Below, piece by piece: positions 51,761 through 61,122 of a DNA stretch of 64,000 nucleotides. Made by a program: the position numbers and the translations under genes. The DNA comes from Candidatus Bathyarchaeia archaeon. Lineage in GTDB: Archaea > Thermoproteota > Bathyarchaeia > Bathyarchaeales > Bathycorpusculaceae. Each line of letters begins with the position of its first letter. Position 1 is the stretch's first letter. Below the pieces are notes generated by a model. It had not been told where the DNA came from, made no database searches, and saw only the letters and a program-made list of their open reading frames with translations. Location: contig JBEKHN010000001.1 in the NCBI GenBank assembly GCA_050012255.1, positions 160,001 to 224,000 of the forward strand, in the 5' to 3' direction.

Positions 51761-52037
51761 GACTTCTGTTGCACGTGAATTGGCACACGTTGTGGTCTGC
51801 GCATCATACGGGGCGATAAACCTCAGAACTTCTGTAAGACTAATTATCACTTCAACGTCAAACTGCGCTGGCTAGGCAGCCATGACACAAGTCGGCTTTT
51901 GAGCCTATGTAATTTTCAACCCGAACATGACGCCTTGATCGCCTTCTTCTTTTTTTGCAACGTTGGCTTTGTCCTCGTCAAAGACGGAAAGACAGATATT
52001 CCAGTCTTGAGATTCGAATGGTAGGGGAGAAGGGCGG

Positions 52038-52655
52038 TTGCATAACAAAGTACCCTACTTGCTCTTGGTACTAATGCTGATGCTAACCGTTGGCACATTT
52101 GAATTCCTGCACCTGAGGAACTCTGTTCCCAGCGTTTCTGCAGTCGAGGCTACAGGAAGCATCGGCATCTACTGGGATGCAGGTTGCACCAAGACAGTGT
52201 CTTCAATAGACTGGGGTGTTCTGTCGCCAGGGCAGACAAAGGAAGTTGTAGTTTACGCTCGGAACGAAGGTAATCAATCAATTCTCCTGACAGTCACACC
52301 GATGAATTACAGCCCAGCGAATGCTTCAAAGTATCTGAATTTCACTTGGACCTGTGTGAACACAGGGATTGCGGTAAGCAAAACTGTTCAGGTTACACAA
52401 AGCCTTTATGTTTCTCCGAACGTTGGAGGAATTTCTGATTTTAGTTTCGACATAATTTTCAGTGGGAAAGGGTATATTTTAGGGGACATAAATGGGGATG
52501 GCTTCGTCGACATATATGATGCTTTAGTGCTCGGATCAGCATTCGGATCGACGTCACGAGATAGCAACTGGAATCCGAACGCTGACCTGAATAACGATGG
52601 TGTTGTAGACATTTTTGATTCTATTATATTGGCTCATGCAATGTATCCAGTGTAA
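52038..52655 (+). CDS. Small secreted protein with C-terminal dockerin-like domain
   Basis: Signal peptide; GDINGDGFVDIYD...ADLNNDGVVDIFD. Confidence 0.82.
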   Translation: MHNKVPYLLLVLMLMLTVGTFEFLHLRNSVPSVSAVEATGSIGIYWDAGCTKTVSSIDWGVLSPGQTKEVVVYARNEGNQSILLTVTPMNYSPANASKYLNFTWTCVNTGIAVSKTVQVTQSLYVSPNVGGISDFSFDIIFSGKGYILGDINGDGFVDIYDALVLGSAFGSTSRDSNWNPNADLNNDGVVDIFDSIILAHAMYPV

Positions 52656-52915
52656 CATGCTTAGGTCAGCGCGCACGTCTTCGTGTTAGAAAAAGAAATT
52701 CGACAATGTAGTTCGTTCAAAACCGCAAAGACCAGGCCGTTCCTTTTCTTTGAAATTGTAAAAGGCATGGTAGTGATTTTCTTCAACGCGCCAAGGAAAC
52801 ATCATTCCATAAGATTTCTGATATCTGCGGACCTCTCTTCTCTCTATGATCTCTTGAGATCGACAAAGTCTCCATAAATTATCTTCAGTTCTTTCTCGTT
52901 CGATGATTTTTGCTG

Positions 52916-53584
52916 CTATTCCCTGTTGGAAAGTATAACGATGTAGTCAGCAGTGTCTGCGCACATGTCAGCGGCCTGTTCAATGAACTCGATCAAATCG
53001 TCAAAGATTACCATTGTCCCCGCGTTCATTTGCCCTCCGTATTTGATGAACAATTTCTTTGTCTTAAGATAATCGTCGTCAATTCGATGCTCGATCTCTT
53101 CAACTTTTTTAGAACCTTCTGTCGCTTCTGCCGGGGCCACCGAGATCTTCTCGATGCTGTTATGTAGGGCACGGGCACAATCCACCAGGTCCGATGTCAT
53201 ACACACCGTGTTTTCGCATAGCTCCTTCGGAATCTGAGTGTCTCCGAGCATTTCCATGCACCTTGCAGCGTCTTTCACATCATCAGCCAGAGTGTCGAGC
53301 CTTTTCACAAGATGAAGCAGGTCCTCACGATAGTCAGCAACCAAAGCCGCACCCTTTGACAGCTCCTTGAAAACGTCCATTCGCAGACGGTCCACCTCTT
53401 CCTCAGTCTTGAAGAGAATCTCAATCCGCTGCATCGCTTCCTTTGTCCTCCCTTCTGCAATGCCCTTCGTTGCCTGATGTAACAGCGTTACAGTATCGAT
53501 TGCTTTCGCTATCTGCTCTTGAGCCAAGTCCAAAGCTTTTGTCCTGCGACGCTTTTCAAACCATGCATAGCTTCTTTTTTCCAA
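52916..53584 (-). CDS. DUF47 / PhoU-like phosphate transport regulator
   Basis: EEEVDRLR, REDL, EHRID, ADMCADTAD helical repeats. Confidence 0.85.
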   Translation of the reverse strand: MEKRSYAWFEKRRRTKALDLAQEQIAKAIDTVTLLHQATKGIAEGRTKEAMQRIEILFKTEEEVDRLRMDVFKELSKGAALVADYREDLLHLVKRLDTLADDVKDAARCMEMLGDTQIPKELCENTVCMTSDLVDCARALHNSIEKISVAPAEATEGSKKVEEIEHRIDDDYLKTKKLFIKYGGQMNAGTMVIFDDLIEFIEQAADMCADTADYIVILSNRE

Positions 53585-53658
53585 ATTCTACATCTCCACT
53601 AAAACTACCTTTCCACATGTGCTTATAACCTTTCTCAGGACCAAAACTTCAGCAAGCT

Positions 53659-54306
53659 CTACCTCAGAATTATTTTATCGCCACTTGCGATGTAATAAAT
53701 CGCCTCACCAACATAAGTTGCGTGATCCGCTATTCTCTCAAGGTATCTAACCACCAAAAGGTTGCAGACTATGCATTTTGTGACAGGAGGAGCCTTTGAC
53801 AACTTGTCCAGATAGTTGGAGTATATCTCGTCAACCTCGCTCTCAGTGCTTGCAAGAGACTTGGCCAATTCTCCATCATTAGTTCTTAGGGCTTCTATGC
53901 TCGTCCGAACCATACGCAACGTCATCTCGGTCATCCTTTCCATGGTATCCCATGAGTACGCGCATTTCTCTGAGGCAGCAAATTTTCGGTGGGTAAAAGA
54001 GGTGTCCCAAGCATACCGGCCGTACCTTTCAAAATCGTACGCAATTTTCATGTAGGAATTAATTATCCTCAAGTCCGACGCAACAGGCTGATACTTCACT
54101 ATCAGCTCGAATGCCTTGTCTTCAACACTGACGGTCATCGTAACCAGCATTTCCGACAGTTCTCTGACTTGTTCACTTACGTCCCTGCCATCCATGAACC
54201 CTGCGATAGATGCCCTAACTGCTTTTTCAGCGGCCTCACCCATCTTTAAGACGACAGCCGTTAGTTGTTCTAAACCGATATCTAACAGTCTGCTCAAGGT
54301 TTTCAC
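53659..54306 (-). CDS. phoU: Phosphate signalling protein PhoU
   Basis: QPVASDLR, ERYG, LERIADHA. Confidence 0.9.
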   Translation of the reverse strand: MKTLSRLLDIGLEQLTAVVLKMGEAAEKAVRASIAGFMDGRDVSEQVRELSEMLVTMTVSVEDKAFELIVKYQPVASDLRIINSYMKIAYDFERYGRYAWDTSFTHRKFAASEKCAYSWDTMERMTEMTLRMVRTSIEALRTNDGELAKSLASTESEVDEIYSNYLDKLSKAPPVTKCIVCNLLVVRYLERIADHATYVGEAIYYIASGDKIILR

Positions 54307-54342
54307 CTAACCGAATTTTCCCGTGATGTATTTTTCCGTAAG
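54307..54342 (-). pseudogene. pstB: Last 11 codons of the phosphate ABC ATPase PstB
   Basis: LTEKYITGKFG* matches the PstB C-terminal TExYITG(R/K)FG, abuts the phoU start and begins at (GC)5. Confidence 0.75.
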
Positions 54343-54351
54343 CGCGCGCGC

Positions 54352-54714
54352 AAACAAGCGGAATGAAGAAACGAGAAGACTTCAGCTGACAGGCGGCTCA
54401 ACGTACGTAATCTCTCTACCCAAGAAATGGATAATTCAGAATCAACTGAAGAAGAGCAGTACGATTCTCGTACGTTCAGAAGACGACGGATCATTGTCAA
54501 TAATGCCGTCAGACTTGGCAAAACAAGAACCACTGCAAGAGGCCTACATCATGGTTTCTCCAAAGGACATGCCTGACCCGATAATACGGAAAACAGTTTC
54601 TGCCTACCTAGTCGGTTACAACACAGTGCACATCAAAGCCAAGGACGGACAGCAACTTTCTTCAAAGCAACGGAGTTCATTGAAGAGCTTTACGCGCGAC
54701 CTGCTCATGGGAAC
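54352..54714 (+). pseudogene. N-terminal fragment of archaeal AbrB-PhoU phosphate uptake regulator
   Basis: ETRRLQLTGGSTYVISLPKKW, SAYLVGY, LLMGT; no start codon after the first (GC)n run and homology ends at the second. Confidence 0.8.
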
Positions 54715-54848
54715 CGCGCGCGCTAAATTCGCGAAAACCTTGTTCACTTTTGCACTCATTGAGGACACTTGCGCTCTACTAACAAAGCCTCTTTCTGCCT
54801 TCAGGCGCATTTACGTTCCAGATCCACTCAACAGCATCAGCGCGCTCT

Positions 54849-55171
54849 CTAGTTGACGATCTTCTCAAGTTCTATGAGAAAATGTTCGTATTGCTTAATT
54901 CTGAGTCTCCAAAAGTCTACGTCGGCGATGTCAAGACCGACGATCTTGCCGATCTTCTGTGGAGAGATACTGCTGCCAACTGAAAGAATCCTCTTGAGTT
55001 TGGGAACAAACTCTCTGCCTTCTTCCAGGTATTTCTGATAGAGAGCATAGACGAACAGTTGGGCATAAACGTATGGATAATTGTAGAATCTTCGCGCGCT
55101 GAGGAGTCTGTGGTGCTCGGAAAAATCTCAGACAGGTCCCAGGCAATGTCCCCTTTTGTCACATGAATCAT
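54849..55171 (-). pseudogene. pepF: Oligoendopeptidase F (M3B) remnant with large internal deletion
   Basis: N-terminal IAWDLSEIFP joined out of frame at CGCGCGC (55093-55099) to C-terminal RFYNYPYVYAQLFVYALYQKY..GSS.SP..GLD...FW. Confidence 0.8.
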
Positions 55172-55239
55172 CTTATCTTCAACAGTTAGGCACTGGATGA
55201 TTAAATGTTTTTTTAGGCAGCTAATGTTACATGACAATT

Positions 55240-55713
55240 TTACCGATGGCTCTGTCGTTCTTCCAACCAGTAAGCCCTCTTCTCGCCCTTCACAGTCGTG
55301 ACTAATTCTTTCTTGAAGATAGGTGCATCTTTCTTGTACCTTTCAACTGCCTCTTCCAGAACAGGGAAAACCTCTTCACGATGAGAACCTGCAACCAGAA
55401 CGTAGACAATGTCCTCACCAACGTGAAATTCACCGAGTAGATGGTGGATTTGAACGTCAACTATGCCGGGCTTTCTTTTCAGGTCGTCGCAGATTTTCGT
55501 GAGCACCTCGTCTGCCTTTTCTTGGTATGCCTGCAGCTCCAGCCTCTGGACTTTTTCACCCTCCAAGGTTTCTCCTCGCACGACACCGACAAACACTGCA
55601 ATCGCTCCGGCCTTTCGAAAACCCCGTTTGCCCTTGGTTCTGTTTATTATGTCATCTAGAGAGAACGTTCCCTTTTCATGAACCCCCGCTGTCTTCGTCA
55701 CGCTTGCCACCAC
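55240..55713 (-). CDS. moaE: Molybdopterin synthase catalytic subunit
   Basis: GAIAVFVGVVR, HLLG, HREE, APIFKKE. Confidence 0.9.
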   Translation of the reverse strand: MVASVTKTAGVHEKGTFSLDDIINRTKGKRGFRKAGAIAVFVGVVRGETLEGEKVQRLELQAYQEKADEVLTKICDDLKRKPGIVDVQIHHLLGEFHVGEDIVYVLVAGSHREEVFPVLEEAVERYKKDAPIFKKELVTTVKGEKRAYWLEERQSHR

Positions 55714-55763
55714 GATGAAGAACAGTTACCAGCGAGCTTGTTAAATACTGTAGCTCTGCCGAG

Positions 55764-56798
55764 TCAAACTGTTTTCACGTATTTTCGCATATCTTCGAGT
55801 GCAGCCGACGGAACGGGCAGGTCCTTCATCGTAACCAAGCCGGCAGGCGCGTTGATTACTTTCGGAATCGAGTTGACGATCATCGCAACTGTTCCGAGGT
55901 CGCCATGTACGCATGGACTTATTCTTTGTCTAATTTCTGGCACGCCCTTGATTGTTACTTCGTCGTACTCTTCTTCAGCCCCTATGTAAGCCCTGAAGTC
56001 TAAGACTATGACTTCTTTGTCTTTGGCAATGCCTTTTGCTTTTTGTCTCAGACCCGCCACTTTTCCTGCGCTGACCCTTATGTCTTTGCTCTCGACAGGT
56101 TTCTTTGCGATCACGGCCTCTGCGGGCTGAACGACCACTTTGTCGAGTCTCCATGCTAAAGAGTCAGCGATCATGGCGATGGATTGCGCGAGACCAACAT
56201 GGCCCGTGATCTGTTTCTTCTCGATCCTTCGCGTGAACTCTTGAACTGACAGACCGGCGCCTATCTTCTTCTGGAATGGTAACCGCCTCGTAGCCGCGTT
56301 CATGACTCTGATTGCCTCAATCTTCTCTATCTTCTGACAGGGTGCGGTGAGCGTTATCACGAGAGCATCCATGAGAAAGCCTGGGTTTATACCAGTTCCC
56401 AAGACCGTTACGTCGTGCTTCTTGGCCAGGGCGTCAAGCTTTTTCGCAAGCTTTGGTTCAGAAACGTATGGATACGACAGTTCTTCGCAGGTTGATATGA
56501 CGTTGACTCCGTGTTCTATGATTGAGGCTATCTGTGCAAAGGTGTCCTCCAGGTAGGAAGATGTAGTGTGGACCGCAATGTCAGCTTTGACCGTCGAAAG
56601 GGCTGAATCGATGTTGCCAGAGACTGTTACTCCAACTTTCTTTTTCAGCCCCAGAACTTCGCCCAGGTCCTTGCCGACCTTGTCTTTGGCGACGTCGACT
56701 GCACCGACGACTTGTACTCCTTCTTTTTCAAGCAAGTATTTCGCGATGTAACCGCCGACCACGCCAACGCCGTAGGCTAGGACCTTCACTTTTTCCAC
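55764..56798 (-). CDS. NAD(P)-dependent amine dehydrogenase / 2,4-diaminopentanoate dehydrogenase (Ord)-like
   Basis: YGVGVVG, NVISTCEELSYP, GTGINPGFLMD, GDLGT..VN.IP. Confidence 0.8.
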   Translation of the reverse strand: MEKVKVLAYGVGVVGGYIAKYLLEKEGVQVVGAVDVAKDKVGKDLGEVLGLKKKVGVTVSGNIDSALSTVKADIAVHTTSSYLEDTFAQIASIIEHGVNVISTCEELSYPYVSEPKLAKKLDALAKKHDVTVLGTGINPGFLMDALVITLTAPCQKIEKIEAIRVMNAATRRLPFQKKIGAGLSVQEFTRRIEKKQITGHVGLAQSIAMIADSLAWRLDKVVVQPAEAVIAKKPVESKDIRVSAGKVAGLRQKAKGIAKDKEVIVLDFRAYIGAEEEYDEVTIKGVPEIRQRISPCVHGDLGTVAMIVNSIPKVINAPAGLVTMKDLPVPSAALEDMRKYVKTV

Positions 56799-56930
56799 CG
56801 AAACCTCTCCTTTGGGTCATGCTCTACTATGTCTCATCATATAAATGTGCACTCGAGACAACTCGCGGCTTGTATGTTCATTTAAAACCTTTACGTTTGT
56901 AAACTTTTATATCTCTGGGAACCCCAGTAT

Positions 56931-58385
56931 TTGAGAGGGCCCACGGCCTTGGAAAGCTCAACCTGCATCGCCAAAGAAGTCATAGAAAAAATACTGAATG
57001 CCAAGAAGCTGAAAAACTGCTTTGAATGCGGCATCTGTACAGCCAGCTGTTCTATGGCTGAGATGCTGGGAAACGAGTACAGCCCCAGACGACTTCTCGA
57101 AGACATCTACTCGAACCCTGAAAAAGTCTTGGCCTCTGAGGCAATATGGGTCTGCGCATGGTGTTATCGATGTCACAACCGTTGCCCCCAAGGATTAAAC
57201 CTGCCTGAAATATTCTTGTTCATGCGGTCAACTGCAGCAGCCCAAGGACACACGCAAGCCTTTGACAAGGCGCTACAGAAGATCGTAAGGAATGTTCCTC
57301 TTCCACTTGTGACGACCTTGGTTTGTTTTCATCCAGAACGTGCTGGACTGAAAAAGGAGACTGTCTTGGAGAAAATCGAGCAAATGCGGGAAGAATTGTT
57401 CAAGACGAAGAAAAGAGAGAAAGCAACGAAGTCCTCGAAGGAGAAAGTGGCGGTCATCGGTTCTGGCCCTGCCGGGCTTACGGTTGCCTACGAGTTGGGA
57501 AGAAAAGGATACGCGGTCACAGTTTTTGAAGCTCTTTCAGAACCAGGCGGGATGCTGAGGAAAGGCATACCGCAGCGTCGCTTGCCAAAACAGGTCATTG
57601 CCAAAGAGATTCAGTTCATAAAGAACCTGGGCGTGGAATTCAAAACGGGCATGAAAATTGGCAAGGACGTGGGCTTTGCGGATTTGAAGGAAGAAGGCTA
57701 CAAGACGGTTTTCATAGGCGCAGGAGCCCATAGAAGCCAAAAACTGAAGGCTGAAGGGTCGAACTTGAAAGGGGTAACCAACGCTCTTGATTTTCTGTGG
57801 GACTCGAATCTCGGTAAGAAGGTCGACGTTGGAAAGAACGTCGTTGTGGTAGGCGGGGGAAACGTTGCTGTGGACGCGGCTAGAACAGCGCGCTGCCTTG
57901 GGGCAAACGAAGTAGCTATTCTTTACCGCAGGTCGAAGGATGAGATGCCTGCAAACCCGCGCGAAGTTGAAGAGGCTGAACATGAAGGGGTGAAAATCGA
58001 ATTTCTGGTTTCGCCCAAGAAGATTCTGGGTGAAAACGGCAAAGTCTGTGCAATTGAGTGCGTCCGCATGCAGCTTGGTGAGCCAGATGAAACTGGCCGG
58101 AGAAAGGCGATTCCGGTGGAAGGGTCGGAGTTCAAGCGGGAAACGGACATGGTTATTCTTGCGATAGGCGAATCTCCTGATCTGGAGTTTTTGCCGAAAG
58201 ATGTTGAATTGAACGAAGATGGAACGCTCTGGGTGGACCCGATAACGATGGAAACCAGCCTGCCGGATGTTTTCGGAGGCGGAGACGCTGTTAGCGGACC
58301 GGCTTCCGTGATAGAGGCGATCCGTGATGGAAAACGCGCGGCGGAATCGATTGAGAATCACATGAAATCTTTGCGGGAAGGATAA
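56931..58385 (+). CDS. HdrC-like 2[4Fe-4S] domain fused to GltD/SudA-like FAD-NAD(P) oxidoreductase
   Basis: CFECGICTASC, CAWCYRCHNRCP, then GSGPAG, GGGNVAVD, YRRS, GGD. Confidence 0.85.
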   Translation: MRGPTALESSTCIAKEVIEKILNAKKLKNCFECGICTASCSMAEMLGNEYSPRRLLEDIYSNPEKVLASEAIWVCAWCYRCHNRCPQGLNLPEIFLFMRSTAAAQGHTQAFDKALQKIVRNVPLPLVTTLVCFHPERAGLKKETVLEKIEQMREELFKTKKREKATKSSKEKVAVIGSGPAGLTVAYELGRKGYAVTVFEALSEPGGMLRKGIPQRRLPKQVIAKEIQFIKNLGVEFKTGMKIGKDVGFADLKEEGYKTVFIGAGAHRSQKLKAEGSNLKGVTNALDFLWDSNLGKKVDVGKNVVVVGGGNVAVDAARTARCLGANEVAILYRRSKDEMPANPREVEEAEHEGVKIEFLVSPKKILGENGKVCAIECVRMQLGEPDETGRRKAIPVEGSEFKRETDMVILAIGESPDLEFLPKDVELNEDGTLWVDPITMETSLPDVFGGGDAVSGPASVIEAIRDGKRAAESIENHMKSLREG

Positions 58386-58386
58386 A

Positions 58387-60825
58387 TTGATGCCAGAAGA
58401 CAAGGAACCACAGTCAAAACAGGAAGAGGAACCTCGCATAGGAGTGTACGTTTGCCACTGTGGCTTGAACATCGCTGGCTCCGTGGACTGCGCTGAAGTT
58501 GCAAAGTTTGCGGGCACGTTGCCGCACGTTGTCCTGGCGCAGGATAACCGTTACACGTGTTCAGATCAGGGCCAAGCAGGCATAAAGAAGGACATCAAAG
58601 AGCACAGGCTCAATCGAGTTGTGGTTGCGTCGTGCTCCCCCAGGCTTCACGAACCGACCTTCAGGAAAGCGTGTGAAGAAGCCGGACTGAACAAGTACCT
58701 TTTCGAAATGGCCAACATCCGTGAACACTGCAGTTGGGTTCACCTCCACGACCGCGAGGCAGCTACAGAAAAGGCCAAAGACTTGGTTAAGATGGCCGTG
58801 GCTAAGGCTGCTCTGCTTCAGCCTGCAGAAGAGGCTGAAGTGCCGATCACCCGAAAGGCTTTGGTCATAGGCGGTGGAGTTGCCGGTATCCAAGCTGCTC
58901 TGGACCTTGCAGACACTGGTTACAAAGTGTACGTGGTTGAGAAAGAGCCCAGCATAGGCGGGATGATGGCGCGTATAGACAAGACTTTCCCAACGATGGA
59001 CTGCTCGATCTGCATACTGGCGCCAAAAATGTCCGATGTGGGGCATCACCCAAACATTGAGTTGTTGACCAACAGCGAAGTTACCGAGGTGAAGGGGTAC
59101 ATCGGCAACTTCCACATTAAAGTGCTCAAGAAACCACGCTACGTCACTAAGGACTGCTCAGCCTGCGGAGAATGCGTAAAAGTCTGCCCGATAGTTGCTC
59201 CAAACGAGTTTGACGTAGGATTAGCCACAAGACACGGGATTTACACACCGTTCGCGCAGGCAGTTCCGTCCACGTACATTGTTGACATGAACCTCTGCCT
59301 CAACAAGGAAGGCGTGGTCGTCTGCGACAAGTGCATAAAAGCATGCGAAAGGCAAGCGATAAACTTTGAGATGAAGCCTGAAACCGAAGAGATCGAAGTG
59401 GGCACGATAATAGTCGCAACGGGCGCAGACGTCTTTGACCCTTCAGTGTTGCCTAACTATGGTTACGGCAAGTTTCCAAACGTCATCACCTCACTCGAGT
59501 TCGAGAGGTTAATCAACGCAGGCGGCCCGTCAGGCGGACACCTGATAAGGCTCAGTGACAAACAGATTCCGAAACGCGTAGCGTTCGTCCAGTGCGTGGG
59601 CTCCCGTTCGGACAAGGCTGGAAAGCTTTACTGCAGCAATGTCTGCTGCATGAACACAATCAAGGACAGCTTGCTCATCAAGGAGCACTGGCCGGACACC
59701 GAGATCTACGTGTTCTACGTTGACATAAGAGCCTACGGAAAAGGTTTCGAAGACCTTTACAAACGGGCCAGAGGAGAGGGCGTCGTGTTCATTCGCGGGT
59801 TGCCAGCAGAGATAAAGGAGGACAAGAAAACCCACAATCTTTGGCTCATCGGAGAAAACACGCTGAAAAACGAAGTTTACAAGATAAGAGCTGACATGGC
59901 CATTCTCTCAATAGGCTTAGAAGCCAGAAAGGACAGCGAAATGATCCAGCGTCTGCTGACGCTGTCAAGAAACCAGGATGGCTTCTTCTTGGAAGCACAC
60001 CCCAAGCTGAGACCGGTGGACGCTGCAACAGGGGGCATCTTCTTCGCCGGCTGCGCCGAGTCTCCCAAGGACATAAAGGACAGTGTGACCCAGGCAAGCG
60101 CGGCGGCAGCGCGTGCAGGCATACTGATGGCGAAAGGAAAAGTGACTGTTGAAGCCATCACGCCTATAGTTTTTCCAGAAAAATGCACGGCGTGTGGACT
60201 ATGCGTGAAAGTCTGTCCGTACAACGCAATAATTCTCAACAAGGAAAAGAAACGCATCGAAATAATCGAGGCAGCCTGCGGCGGATGCGGCACATGCGCA
60301 GCAGAATGTGCCTTCGGCGCTCTCACGCAGAGCCACTTCACCGATGACCAGATAATCGGACAGATAGACGCCGTCACGGAGCACGACGCAGACAAGAAGA
60401 TCGTGGCGTTCAACTGCAACTGGTGCTCTTACGCGGGCGCAGACTTCGCAGGAGTCAGCAGAATGCAGTACCCGCCGAACGTGCGCATAATCAGAACCAT
60501 GTGTTCCGGCCGCGTGGCACCCAAGTTTATTGAAAGAGCGTTTGCAAGAGGAGCCGCAACGGTCTTGGTGAGCGGCTGTCACATCGGAGACTGCCACTAC
60601 ATTAACGCCAACTACCAAACGCAAAAGCGGGTGGAACGATTCTGGAAGAAGATGGAGCAGAGTGGACTGAACAAGGAAAGACTACAGCTTTTATGGTGTT
60701 CAGCCGCTGAGGGCGAGAAGTTCGCTTCAAAAATCCGCGAGATGAAGTCGACTGTAGACAACGTTAAGCCAGAGGAAATTGAAAAGGCCAAAGAAGTCTT
60801 TGAGAAAGCTTTGGAAGGAAGTTAG
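58387..60825 (+). CDS. hdrA: Heterodisulfide reductase subunit A fused to MvhD
   Basis: GVYVCHCG, NIREHCSW, GGGVAG, DKTFPT.DC, CSNVCC, ferredoxin motifs, C-terminal CNWCSY/CSGR/GCHIGDCHY. Confidence 0.93.
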   Translation: MMPEDKEPQSKQEEEPRIGVYVCHCGLNIAGSVDCAEVAKFAGTLPHVVLAQDNRYTCSDQGQAGIKKDIKEHRLNRVVVASCSPRLHEPTFRKACEEAGLNKYLFEMANIREHCSWVHLHDREAATEKAKDLVKMAVAKAALLQPAEEAEVPITRKALVIGGGVAGIQAALDLADTGYKVYVVEKEPSIGGMMARIDKTFPTMDCSICILAPKMSDVGHHPNIELLTNSEVTEVKGYIGNFHIKVLKKPRYVTKDCSACGECVKVCPIVAPNEFDVGLATRHGIYTPFAQAVPSTYIVDMNLCLNKEGVVVCDKCIKACERQAINFEMKPETEEIEVGTIIVATGADVFDPSVLPNYGYGKFPNVITSLEFERLINAGGPSGGHLIRLSDKQIPKRVAFVQCVGSRSDKAGKLYCSNVCCMNTIKDSLLIKEHWPDTEIYVFYVDIRAYGKGFEDLYKRARGEGVVFIRGLPAEIKEDKKTHNLWLIGENTLKNEVYKIRADMAILSIGLEARKDSEMIQRLLTLSRNQDGFFLEAHPKLRPVDAATGGIFFAGCAESPKDIKDSVTQASAAAARAGILMAKGKVTVEAITPIVFPEKCTACGLCVKVCPYNAIILNKEKKRIEIIEAACGGCGTCAAECAFGALTQSHFTDDQIIGQIDAVTEHDADKKIVAFNCNWCSYAGADFAGVSRMQYPPNVRIIRTMCSGRVAPKFIERAFARGAATVLVSGCHIGDCHYINANYQTQKRVERFWKKMEQSGLNKERLQLLWCSAAEGEKFASKIREMKSTVDNVKPEEIEKAKEVFEKALEGS

Positions 60826-60828
60826 CAC

Positions 60829-61122
60829 ATGCCTGAAAGAATTCGACATGCCGCGCTCGACAAAGAAACGATAAAACAGGTGAAGACAGAAATCCATCTG
60901 ATCAAGGATGAGTGTAAAGGATGCGGCTACTGCATCGAGTATTGCCCACGGAAAGTCTTGGAAGAATCTGATGAAATAAACGCGAGGGGGGTTCACCCTC
61001 CGAAAGTCGTGGACGAAAGCAAGTGCATGAACTGCGGCTTCTGCACCGCAGTCTGCCCAGACTTCGCGATTTTTGTCGTTGAAAAACCAAACGAGAAGGA
61101 TGTGAAGCATGCTAAAAGCTAA
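60829..61122 (+). CDS. korD: 2-oxoacid:ferredoxin oxidoreductase delta subunit (2[4Fe-4S] ferredoxin)
   Basis: CKGCGYCIEYCP, CMNCGFCTAVCPDFAI. Confidence 0.88.
   Translation: MPERIRHAALDKETIKQVKTEIHLIKDECKGCGYCIEYCPRKVLEESDEINARGVHPPKVVDESKCMNCGFCTAVCPDFAIFVVEKPNEKDVKHAKS

Noticed and set aside
57537-58517. 326-aa antisense ORF and the other shadow ORFs
   Set aside because: Opposite well-supported genes and without motifs
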